Made by a program: the position numbers and the translations under genes | Notes under the pieces: model-generated | The model's input: the letters and a program-made list of their open reading frames with translations, nothing else | Database searches by the model: none | What the model was told of the DNA's origin: nothing | Part shown: positions 9,854 to 17,879 of the stretch, piece by piece | How positions within the stretch are numbered: position 1 is the first letter of the stretch | Layout of the letters: each line of letters starts with the position of its first letter | From: an uncultured Gammaproteobacteria bacterium | GTDB taxonomy: Bacteria; Patescibacteriota; Microgenomatia; CAYXHB01; CAZYTL01 | NCBI GenBank assembly: GCA_964650355.1 | Contig: CAZYTL010000007.1 | Coordinates: forward strand, 4,455 to 68,454 | Length of the DNA stretch: 64,000 bases | Reading direction: 5' to 3'

Positions 9854-10098
9854 GTTTAATCTATGTCATCGTATCGCAATGCTAAATCAGCTATAGACTT
9901 ATAGGGCCTAACTTAGATCAAACCTTTAATTATGCTGAACTAAGATCAACGCGTTGTTGGGTTGTTTCTATTGGTTCTTTATATAATATTGATCAGATAT
10001 TTATGTTTCTATCCCCAAACCAATATGGTTGTTAACTTAGGTGTCATAGATATGATATTGACTATTAGATTTAGACCTTTAAAGGATAATTTTATCGC

Positions 10099-10623
10099 AT
10101 GAGGGCAGAAATAATTCATAAACTTGAGAAATCTCTCTTATCATTTGATAGCGAAGCCGACGTTGTTTATATTCTAACTAGAATCGGTAAGATTCTTGAA
10201 TTTGATAATAAAGTCTCTGATTATCAAATTCTTTACTTTTATCGCAATTGGAGCGTACATGCCAAGTTAGATAAAAATAAGAAGAACAAATTTGTTAAAA
10301 ATTTTGTCGGAGAATTCATAAAAAATAAAAACTATCGAGATTCGGTACTCCGTCATGAATATTTCGTTAGTAAATTGAATAGCTTTTTAAAAGATTATTC
10401 TCTTCCTCAGTTAAGAAATGGAAAAAAGTTTTTAAAATTACTAAGAGAAATAATTGCCGATACTCCTATTATATTAGAAGGAAAAAACACAACTTATTCA
10501 ATAAGTCTAGATAAATCTGATAAAAAAAATGCTTCAAAGTCTTTCACTATCAAAGTGACAGCATTCCCGAATCCTGTTAAGATAAATTTTTCTGCTCCTC
10601 AGGTAACAGCACTTGGAAGGTAA
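10099..10623 (+). CDS. hypothetical lysine-rich protein (no recognisable domain)
   Basis: Co-oriented and downstream of the HerA-like gene, with an AAGGA RBS. Very AT-rich coding sequence. Confidence 0.4.
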   Translation: MRAEIIHKLEKSLLSFDSEADVVYILTRIGKILEFDNKVSDYQILYFYRNWSVHAKLDKNKKNKFVKNFVGEFIKNKNYRDSVLRHEYFVSKLNSFLKDYSLPQLRNGKKFLKLLREIIADTPIILEGKNTTYSISLDKSDKKNASKSFTIKVTAFPNPVKINFSAPQVTALGR

Positions 10624-10674
10624 AGAAAAAAACTAATACAAAACCTTTGCTTATACTCTTCCCTATTGATTTAG

Positions 10675-10950
10675 TTAATCGTCCCTGTCGTGGTTGTCTG
10701 AGAAGTCTTCTGCTTCCGTTATTTCAGGTTCGTCGTGTTGAGATTCCTCTTCTGACTCTTGTTTGATATTGATGAATTCGTTTTCCACTGTTTTCAAGCG
10801 GTCGCGGCAGTGTTTGATTAATGCATTTCCTGCTTTGAGTTTTTTCAATCCCTCATCCAGATCAATGTCTTCATTCTGAAACCATTGGTTGATTTGGTCC
10901 AGTTCCCTGATCGCTTCTGAAAAATTAAATTTTTTATCCGTGTCTGCCAT
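10675..10950 (-). CDS. xseB: exodeoxyribonuclease VII small subunit
   Basis: About 90 aa, helical, with an acidic C-terminus. Sits immediately downstream of xseA with a 2-nt gap. Confidence 0.8.
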   Translation of the reverse strand: MADTDKKFNFSEAIRELDQINQWFQNEDIDLDEGLKKLKAGNALIKHCRDRLKTVENEFINIKQESEEESQHDEPEITEAEDFSDNHDRDD

Positions 10951-10952
10951 AT

Positions 10953-12311
10953 TTAGCCTATTTTTTTAACTTGAGACTGGATGCCCCCTTCATATAATCT
11001 GATTCCGATTATATCATCAATCCGCACCTGTTTGGTTGACTTGACTACTTTTCCGCCCGCGTCTTTTACAATGCTGTAACCCTGTTTTAATTTATGCTGC
11101 GGATCCGATAAGTTGAGTAGCTGCTCGTGTTGGTTTACTTTCTTTACCAGTCCCGAATGCCAGTCCGCAAATCCCTGATACAAAGTGGTTTCTAATTTTC
11201 GGAGCTCCTTATGGGTTTCATTGATCCACCTTTGGTAAAGTTGGTAATTAAACACAAAATTTGCTTCAATCCGTTTGACTATATCCAGCAATTTACTGAA
11301 ACCACGGGATAAAGATTCACTGTAATTTTCAACAATTTGTTTCTGCCGGGAGAGGTGATGGCCGAAATTAGTGATCAGACTATTTTGGTGACTTGTTAGG
11401 GTAATCTTCATTTTTCCTATCCTGCCCATAAAAACTGTCGCCATGTGCCGTTCCGCTTCACCCACTTCTCTGACTACCGCGTCCCAATTGGCAGTCAGCA
11501 TTTCTCCCGCGTGAGTCGGTGTGGAAGCTCTGGTATCTGCCACTAGGTCTGCAATGGTAATATCCCGTTCATGGCCGACCGCAGATAGTACCGGAATCTT
11601 GGATCCATAGATGGCTTTGGCTACTTCCAAGGTATTAAATGCCTGCAGAGCTTCCAGGCTACCGCCACCTCTGGTAACTACCAACACATCAATTTCCGTA
11701 TTGTGTTCATTAAACCACTTAATCGCGTCAACTATATTATTAACTGCCTTTACCCCTTCGACTCTGGCATCATAAAAATTTACAGTTAATCCGTAATCAC
11801 CCAAGTGGGTCGTGAAGTCAGTAATTGCTGCTCCGGTTTGCGAGGTAATCAGTCCGATTTTTTCTACGAAGCGGGGCAAGGGTCGTTTGCGCTCTTCCTT
11901 AAAATAACCGGCCTGTTCCAGCTCGGTTTTTAATTTCTCAAACGCCTGTCTTAAAGCCCCTTCGCCGACCGGAATAATATATTCCGTCCGGAATGAAAAT
12001 CTGCCTTTGGGTTTATAGACTTCAGGATATCCGGTGACTTTCACTTCCATACCCTCTTCGAGTTCAATACCGATATTTCTCAGGGTAGATGTCCAGCAAA
12101 GACAATTTAAAACAGCGTCTTCGTCTTTGTCGCTCAGGGTAAAATATACAGCCCTGCCCGATTGGCCTACCTGGCTGATTTCTCCCTGAACCGTGGCCGA
12201 CAATTTTTGCAGGGACTGATTCACCAGGTCAAGATACTCACCGACACTAAACACTCTTTTAGTTTCTCCCTCGTCATTATTTCCGAATAAAAAGTCGTTT
12301 GTCATCACCAT
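10953..12311 (-). CDS. xseA: exodeoxyribonuclease VII large subunit
   Basis: N-terminal OB-fold, and the VVTRGGGSLEALQAFN motif typical of ExoVII large subunits. About 450 aa. Confidence 0.85.
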   Translation of the reverse strand: MVMTNDFLFGNNDEGETKRVFSVGEYLDLVNQSLQKLSATVQGEISQVGQSGRAVYFTLSDKDEDAVLNCLCWTSTLRNIGIELEEGMEVKVTGYPEVYKPKGRFSFRTEYIIPVGEGALRQAFEKLKTELEQAGYFKEERKRPLPRFVEKIGLITSQTGAAITDFTTHLGDYGLTVNFYDARVEGVKAVNNIVDAIKWFNEHNTEIDVLVVTRGGGSLEALQAFNTLEVAKAIYGSKIPVLSAVGHERDITIADLVADTRASTPTHAGEMLTANWDAVVREVGEAERHMATVFMGRIGKMKITLTSHQNSLITNFGHHLSRQKQIVENYSESLSRGFSKLLDIVKRIEANFVFNYQLYQRWINETHKELRKLETTLYQGFADWHSGLVKKVNQHEQLLNLSDPQHKLKQGYSIVKDAGGKVVKSTKQVRIDDIIGIRLYEGGIQSQVKKIG

Positions 12312-12594
12312 TAGTTTAAGTTTTGTAATCCAAATTATACCAAGACTGATCAGGTTTAATGATTTCAGTTTGGATTTACAAACTACCTTAATTGTTATAA
12401 ATTGAATCAGAGCGGCCTACCTTCTGCAACAGCTTCAAAGAACAACGGTTCATCTGGCGAGTTGCAGGTTTACAACTTCCAAACAGACTCCAAAGTCCGT
12501 TTTACGAAATCTTAGAATTAATCTATTCTTGTCGGTCCTTTATCTCCATGAGATCTTGTTGACAAACTACTTCCTTTAGATTTATATTATTAGT

Positions 12595-12865
12595 CAAATT
12601 GGTTTGTTTAACTTTCTGGATTTAGTGCGATTAAATCAGTAGTTAAATTGGTTTGGCCGAGGGAAACCAAGGCCAACGCACTAGGCTCTAGAAGCCCAAG
12701 GTCAAATCAATTTAATTGCTGATTTTTTATATAAGATACATACTCCTGCGAAGCTTCAAAATAACGTAAGTTTAACTGAAGAGACCGCGGCTACGGGGAG
12801 GCTGTATTTAAAAAATCAAAGAAGGTGAGGCCGCCACTAATGAGATGGGCGGCCTTTGTGTTTTG
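12595..12865 (+). ncRNA. candidate small non-coding RNA of about 270 nt (identity unknown)
   Basis: Bounded by a sigma70-like promoter (TTGACA 12559-12564, 17-18 nt spacer, TATATT 12583-12588) and an intrinsic terminator at 12827-12865. No ORF of 60 aa or more and no convincing RBS-ORF inside. Confidence 0.3.
12827..12865 (+). terminator. rho-independent terminator (GAGGCCGCC-loop-GGCGGCCTT followed by TGTGTTTTG)
   Basis: A 9-bp GC-rich stem followed by a T-rich tract. An A/T tract also lies on the opposite side, so it could act in both directions. Confidence 0.5.
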
Positions 12866-13127
12866 AGGCTCTTTGACAGTAAAAATGGGTTTTCGGGGTG
12901 ACCCGAATCCATCCTTCGGGTCGCTTTTACCAACCAAATAGGATGGTAGAAAGGACCAGAGACATGGTAATCACCATTCGATTCCATAAAATACCCCGAA
13001 TCATAGAGATTCAGGGTAAATTGTGGAGGGTACTAAATTCGGGTTTACTCGTTCCAGCGACGTAAACCTGAATGGGTGACCTTCGGGTCACCCCAGAAAG
13101 TCCATTTTTGAATAATATTTTAGAAGT

Positions 13128-13199
13128 GCCACCGTAGGTCAATGGATAGACCAGTTCCGTGCTAAGGTTCAGATGGCGGTTCGATTCCACCCGGTGGCA
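13128..13199 (+). tRNA. tRNA of uncertain isotype (loop GUGCUAA gives anticodon GCU, but with class-I architecture and an imperfect anticodon stem)
   Basis: Acceptor stem GCCACCG/CGGTGGC, canonical D-arm GGTC-AATGGATA-GACC, and T-arm GGCGG-TTCGATT-CCACC with one C.A mismatch. Discriminator A, and no encoded CCA. The anticodon stem GTTCC/GGTTC has two U.U mismatches. Confidence 0.5.
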
Positions 13200-13479
13200 T
13201 CTCTAAGATATTACTTAAAACCTACTCTACAATGTCGCCTCCGTTTGCGGTCAGCAGTAAATGGAAGATGATCGAAGTTAAATTGTTAGTCTGAGCAGCT
13301 TTCATACTTCCAGACTGGCACAATATATACAAGGTTGTCAAGGGGATTGACAATAAGTATTTTAAGATCTATATAATAACTCAAAAAATGTTCATTTACA
13401 AGGTTTATAAGTAATTAATTTCAAAAACGCTATCCTAAAAGGAGCTATAATAGCGAAAAATAATTATTAGAGTAAAAAA

Positions 13480-13686
13480 TCAACATCCGATACATGAAGT
13501 AAGAGGATGCTTTTTTAACTTTTCGATGGGTATCAACTGCCTTAGAAGAAGGTTTACCAATTTCCTATTAAAATCCCTCTCTTCTTTACTTAACTTTTGA
13601 ACTCTAGATTCAATCGTCGGTGAAACAATAGAAGCATTTCCCGGAGTCTTTGTTTTTAACGTCTGATTATCTGATTTAATTGTCAT
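13480..13686 (-). CDS. hypothetical small protein (68 aa)
   Basis: Overlaps the upstream ORF by 11 nt, suggesting coupling. Third gene in a PLD-led operon. Confidence 0.35.
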   Translation of the reverse strand: MTIKSDNQTLKTKTPGNASIVSPTIESRVQKLSKEERDFNRKLVNLLLRQLIPIEKLKKHPLTSCIGC

Positions 13687-13864
13687 CTCTATTATTCTTT
13701 TTCTCTTCTCTGACTACCTTATGGGCAATCAGATGAGCCAGAGTCTGCATGTTGCCCAGCATTTCGATGGCATGTTCACGGGTGGCGTTTTCCGGATCGG
13801 TTTGTTTGAGAAATCTGATCACGCTTTGAATATCTTTTTCTCTTTGGTCCTGATCTTCGTTCAT
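13676..13864 (-). CDS. hypothetical small protein (62 aa)
   Basis: Lies between the PLD-like gene and the 68-aa ORF, on the same strand. Confidence 0.35.
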   Translation of the reverse strand: MNEDQDQREKDIQSVIRFLKQTDPENATREHAIEMLGNMQTLAHLIAHKVVREEKKNNRDDN

Positions 13865-13891
13865 ATCTGTATTATATTCTATATGCGAAAA

Positions 13892-14407
13892 TTAGAGAAA
13901 CTTCTCTAATTTTAAAAATTCCACCATCTCCCGGGCATAATATGCACCTGCAATCCGCCGCATAATCTCCCGGCTGTTGGTCTGCGACAAAATATTTAAG
14001 CTGCCTTCCCATAATATTTTTCTGTCTATAATAGCCAGTTTACGGTGGTGGTTGTTTGTGGTGGCGATCACCTGGACGCCGATGCTTTCAAACCATCTGA
14101 TCTCCTGTTCTGCTTGGAGGGCATATTCTTCAATGTGCTTGTCAGGATCGCGGGTGATTACGTAGACTTTAACCCCATTAGCTATCAATCTACTGAAAAC
14201 GGAAGCCAATTGTTTCATCCGGGAAGTTGAAATATACGGACTTTCAATAATCACCTCATGTTTGCAGGTCTTCAGATCCTTTACAAATTGTTGATAAAAC
14301 CCCTTTTCATCATAGAGTCTAGAATCAAATTGCGGTAAAGATTGAGGTGAAGAAAAGAGGTTAAACATACTACTCGGTTGAATCAATAACTTTAACCTGA
14401 CCGTCAA
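13892..14407 (-). CDS. phospholipase D-family (single HKD motif) nuclease-like protein, Nuc-like
   Basis: HxKx4D motif in NHHRKLAIIDRK. About 170 aa, matching the size of single-HKD Nuc endonucleases that dimerise. Confidence 0.65.
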   Translation of the reverse strand: MTVRLKLLIQPSSMFNLFSSPQSLPQFDSRLYDEKGFYQQFVKDLKTCKHEVIIESPYISTSRMKQLASVFSRLIANGVKVYVITRDPDKHIEEYALQAEQEIRWFESIGVQVIATTNNHHRKLAIIDRKILWEGSLNILSQTNSREIMRRIAGAYYAREMVEFLKLEKFL

Positions 14408-14532
14408 AATAGGTAAAGCCTAATTGCTTCAATTTTTCGTATGTTTGTATTAAACTGTCAAAAAGGTGTTCCAAAAACGGGACAGAGGGCTCACACTTCT
14501 GTATACTTAGGGGAAACGGGGAAGGAAGAGAT

Positions 14533-15231
14533 TCAGTCGAATTTGAGGCTGGAGAGGATGTGGTCGTAGAGAGGGGGTTGGTTGAGAAGGCTGATGTTGA
14601 AGAGTTTATCATCGTGAATCAGGTAAAGGTTCTGTTTGGCAAATTCCAAGGGGGTGGGCGGGGTGTCGATCTTGACAGCGGGGATTCCGGCCACGGTGTA
14701 ATTGGTAGTGTTGGGGACGGCCGGGTCTCCTGACAGTTGCTGCAACCAAGCTACTAAGTTTTGGCCGGGAGGAGGGTTGTAGAATTCAGACGAGTAATGG
14801 ATGATTTCCAGACGGGCCATGGTTAAAGGGCCTTCGCCACCGGGATAGTTTTCCATGATGACTGCGTCTTCATCGCTGGTGTCCAAGCGACAGAGACAAT
14901 TAGACGGCCGTTGGTTTTCTACGGTTTCTTGGCAGACTGAAGGCCAGTCGCCGGTTACACATTCCGGAGGATACTTGAAGGTGTAGTGGTAGCGGGAATT
15001 GGTGTAAGTGGGCCAGCCAGCGGTAAGTTCCTCGATTCCGGGTTCTGTTTCCACTCCTTTGACCTGTTCAGGGACAGGGGTCGGTGAGGGAGGGTTGACT
15101 GAAGCCACCTGATTAGAGGTGACTGTTGGTGTCTGAGGAGTGGTCCACATGATCAGCCCGATTCCGCTAAACACCACCATTAACACGAGCATTACCCCTA
15201 ACATGAATGAAGAATTTTTTCCATTTTCCAT
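14533..15231 (-). CDS. membrane-anchored secreted hypothetical protein (Pro/Thr-rich linker)
   Basis: N-terminal TM (MLGVMLVLMVVFSGIGLIMW) followed by a PT-rich stretch. Confidence 0.4.
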   Translation of the reverse strand: MENGKNSSFMLGVMLVLMVVFSGIGLIMWTTPQTPTVTSNQVASVNPPSPTPVPEQVKGVETEPGIEELTAGWPTYTNSRYHYTFKYPPECVTGDWPSVCQETVENQRPSNCLCRLDTSDEDAVIMENYPGGEGPLTMARLEIIHYSSEFYNPPPGQNLVAWLQQLSGDPAVPNTTNYTVAGIPAVKIDTPPTPLEFAKQNLYLIHDDKLFNISLLNQPPLYDHILSSLKFD

Positions 15232-15317
15232 AAGCGGTTGATTTCATTATATACCAGTTAGCTGGAGACCTCATTGCTCGTCGGTAAGACGGTGCGGATT
15301 GCGGCGAGAGAAGGGAT

Positions 15318-15794
15318 TTAATTTAATTGCCAGATACTGAAATTTAGCAGGGCGGCAAACCCCACCCAGAGCAGATAAGGAACCAGCAGCCAGGCAGCCA
15401 ATTTGTCAATGAGTTTGAACAGTTTGATGACGTAGGCGATGAGCACAAACAAAATGATAATTTCCCCGAATGCCAGGCCGAGATTCTTGAATCCGAAAAA
15501 TATCATGGACCAAAGTAGATTAAGGACTAACTGGAGGCAAAAAACCATGAGCGGATAATTGAACTTGCGGCTCTGGCGGTGTTTTTCCCAGACAAGATAC
15601 AGAGAGATTCCCATGAGGGTGTATAAGGTGATCCATACCGGACCAAAGATGCCATTGGGCGGATTAAAAGCGGGTTTGTTTAGACCAGCATACCAGTCAG
15701 TAAGAGATGAAACCGTGAAAAAGGAGCCTGTGACACCTGCTAACTGACAAAGAACAATTGCGGAGATGAGTAATTTCCAGTTTTTGACTTTCAT
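15318..15794 (-). CDS. tspO: TspO/MBR family tryptophan-rich sensory protein
   Basis: WYAGLNKPAFNPP ... FGPVWITLYTLMG, with five TM helices. This is the TspO signature. Confidence 0.75.
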   Translation of the reverse strand: MKVKNWKLLISAIVLCQLAGVTGSFFTVSSLTDWYAGLNKPAFNPPNGIFGPVWITLYTLMGISLYLVWEKHRQSRKFNYPLMVFCLQLVLNLLWSMIFFGFKNLGLAFGEIIILFVLIAYVIKLFKLIDKLAAWLLVPYLLWVGFAALLNFSIWQLN

Positions 15795-15954
15795 GCTTAG
15801 GCACTGAAGAATGATTAGTGCTGAAACAATTATGTGCTGCCTGAAATTAACTATACCTGGTTGGGGTTTGAATTGCTATACTATACCGATGGGGCTCCGA
15901 TGGAATTCGGAGCTCAGAAGTATTTAAGTTACGTTTATCTGCTGTTGATTATTT

Positions 15955-16596
15955 ATGGATTTAGTTAACCTGATTGAAACCGTTGGTTATATCGGGATAT
16001 TTTTTATCATTTTTGCGGAGTCAGGTCTGTTGTTCGGGTTTTTCCTGCCCGGCGACAGCCTGCTATTCACGGCCGGGTTTCTGTCCTCCCAGGGAGTATT
16101 GTCATTGCCGGTGCTGATCGTCGGCTGTTTTCTGGCAGCCGTGTTGGGTGATAATGTGGGGTATGCGTTCGGACATCATGTAGGCAAGAGATTGTTCCAG
16201 CGTAAGGATTCATTGTTTTTTCACCAAAGAAACATCACAAAGGCGCAGGAATTTTATGAAAAATACGGATCTAAGACCATTGTTATAGCCAGATTTATAC
16301 CGGTGGTGAGGACTTTTGCTCCCATTGTGGCCGGGGTGGGAACCATGGATTATAAAGTGTTTGTGGTGTTTAATTTAATCGGCGGAGGTTTATGGACCAT
16401 TGGCGTGACCCTGGCCGGTCATTATTTTGGCAGTTTGATTCCTGATGTGGATAAATATTTGATTCCGGTGGTATTGCTGATCATTATTGTTTCAGTGGCT
16501 CCCACTGCGATTCACATTCTTAAGGATCCTGACCATCGAAGAGAATTGAATAAAATAGGAAGAAAATTACTGCTCAAATGGGTGCCGAGAAGTTAA
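15955..16596 (+). CDS. DedA/SNARE-associated (VTT domain) membrane protein
   Basis: IFAESGLLFGFFLPGDSLLFTAG motif. About 210 aa and polytopic. Confidence 0.75.
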   Translation: MDLVNLIETVGYIGIFFIIFAESGLLFGFFLPGDSLLFTAGFLSSQGVLSLPVLIVGCFLAAVLGDNVGYAFGHHVGKRLFQRKDSLFFHQRNITKAQEFYEKYGSKTIVIARFIPVVRTFAPIVAGVGTMDYKVFVVFNLIGGGLWTIGVTLAGHYFGSLIPDVDKYLIPVVLLIIIVSVAPTAIHILKDPDHRRELNKIGRKLLLKWVPRS

Positions 16597-16658
16597 GGGG
16601 TGGAGTTGATCCGTAAACTTTTTGCTTATTCCACTGCGCTTGGTGTTTAATATGACTA

Positions 16659-17879
16659 ATGGTGAGTAAATCTCGGGTGACGCTTTGGCAACGGATTGGC
16701 TGGGTGGTAATCCTGGCTTGGGGAGTGCAAGTGTTGATCAATTACGGATATTTGTTTGGACGCTATGATTATCAATTACTGGATTTTCGCTCTTTTTACA
16801 CGGCGGCCCAAATTCTGATCAGACAGCCCAAAGATTTGTATAATTTTGATGTCCAAACAGCATATCAACAACCTCTTTTGTCAGGGAAAGAGGAGATCAC
16901 GGACCATGAACTGATCCCGTTTTTAAATCCCCCAATATTTTTGCTGCCGTTTTTACCTTTGACTTTAATTTCTTTTGATGCTGCTTATCTGGTGGCGGTA
17001 ACAGCCTGTCTGCTGGTGGGAGGGCTAGGGGTTTGGTTGTTGGTTAAAAAGATATTTCCTCTGCCGAATAAAAAGTTGCTGATAGCCGTGGGCCTGATAT
17101 TAACTTTTGCTTCGTCGTTTTCCACCATTGCGCTGACTCAGAGTTCTTTTTTTAGTCTATTAATTTGGGTGTTGGTTTACTATCTGCTCACTCACAGACG
17201 GGAAGGGTGGGCGGGTTTATTGGCCAGCGGGCTGCTATATAAACCGCAGTTGGGCATGGTGTTGTTTATCTATTTGTTGTGGACAAAAAATCGACAGCCA
17301 ATTAAGGGCCTAATGATAGGCGGAGTAGCTATGGGGCTGATTTCTTTATTGATGACCCAAGGCGCCTTATGGACCTGGCTGGCCTCATTGCCTGATTTTG
17401 TTAACCACTTGGAAACCGGACCCACTTCAAGGATCAGTTGGGCCGGCTTTTTTGCCCAACTCAATGAGTATTTTCCAGTCTTGCCCACAGTCTGGGTGTC
17501 GGTGATTGTTTCGCTGGTGACTGTAATTTGGACCATAAAGCAAATTAAGGAAATCGAACCGGCCAATAAAGTTTTCCCGCTCGCCTATTCGGCAATGATA
17601 TTAACTACTCTGTTGGCTGGATATCACGTATTAAGCCACGAACTGGTGCTGTTGTTTTTTCCTTTGGTTTATTTTGTTAAACAATACTACTCTACTAAAT
17701 TGTTAATCATCATCGGTGTCGGTTGGGGACTATCGTTGCTGTCGATTTTCAATTTTCTCACGCCGTGGTATCCGGGACGGATGCCCTTTTTGCCTACTAT
17801 TTATCTGGTGATGCTGCTGTACTTAATGATGAGATGGTTAAATAAACAGAGGATAAAAGTCGCCCAATATGCCGGTTAA
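16659..17879 (+). CDS. polytopic membrane protein, paralog 1 of 4 (GT87/DUF2029-like candidate GT-C glycosyltransferase)
   Basis: Shares with its paralogs DFRSFYTAAQIL..LY.FDVQ..YQ..LL and PFLNPPIFLLPFLPL and GLLASGLLYKPQLGMVLFIYLL. About 11 TM helices. Confidence 0.5.
   Translation: MVSKSRVTLWQRIGWVVILAWGVQVLINYGYLFGRYDYQLLDFRSFYTAAQILIRQPKDLYNFDVQTAYQQPLLSGKEEITDHELIPFLNPPIFLLPFLPLTLISFDAAYLVAVTACLLVGGLGVWLLVKKIFPLPNKKLLIAVGLILTFASSFSTIALTQSSFFSLLIWVLVYYLLTHRREGWAGLLASGLLYKPQLGMVLFIYLLWTKNRQPIKGLMIGGVAMGLISLLMTQGALWTWLASLPDFVNHLETGPTSRISWAGFFAQLNEYFPVLPTVWVSVIVSLVTVIWTIKQIKEIEPANKVFPLAYSAMILTTLLAGYHVLSHELVLLFFPLVYFVKQYYSTKLLIIIGVGWGLSLLSIFNFLTPWYPGRMPFLPTIYLVMLLYLMMRWLNKQRIKVAQYAG

Noticed and set aside
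12312-13127. tmRNA or RNase P RNA in the large non-coding gap
   Set aside because: It has no tmRNA tag reading frame and no split tRNA-like ends. The GAAAGUCC motif present is in the wrong position for the RNase P P4 region, and no ACAGAA/GGCUUA partner was found. I report it as an unknown structured RNA.
13721-14230. Three + strand ORFs (61-62 aa) across the PLD and small-ORF region
   Set aside because: They are antisense to the coherent minus-strand operon and have no start signals.
14370-14612. 80-aa minus-strand ORF bridging the PLD gene and 14533 gene
   Set aside because: It overlaps both neighbours out of frame. Its translation is low-complexity (S/T/P-rich). It is probably spurious.
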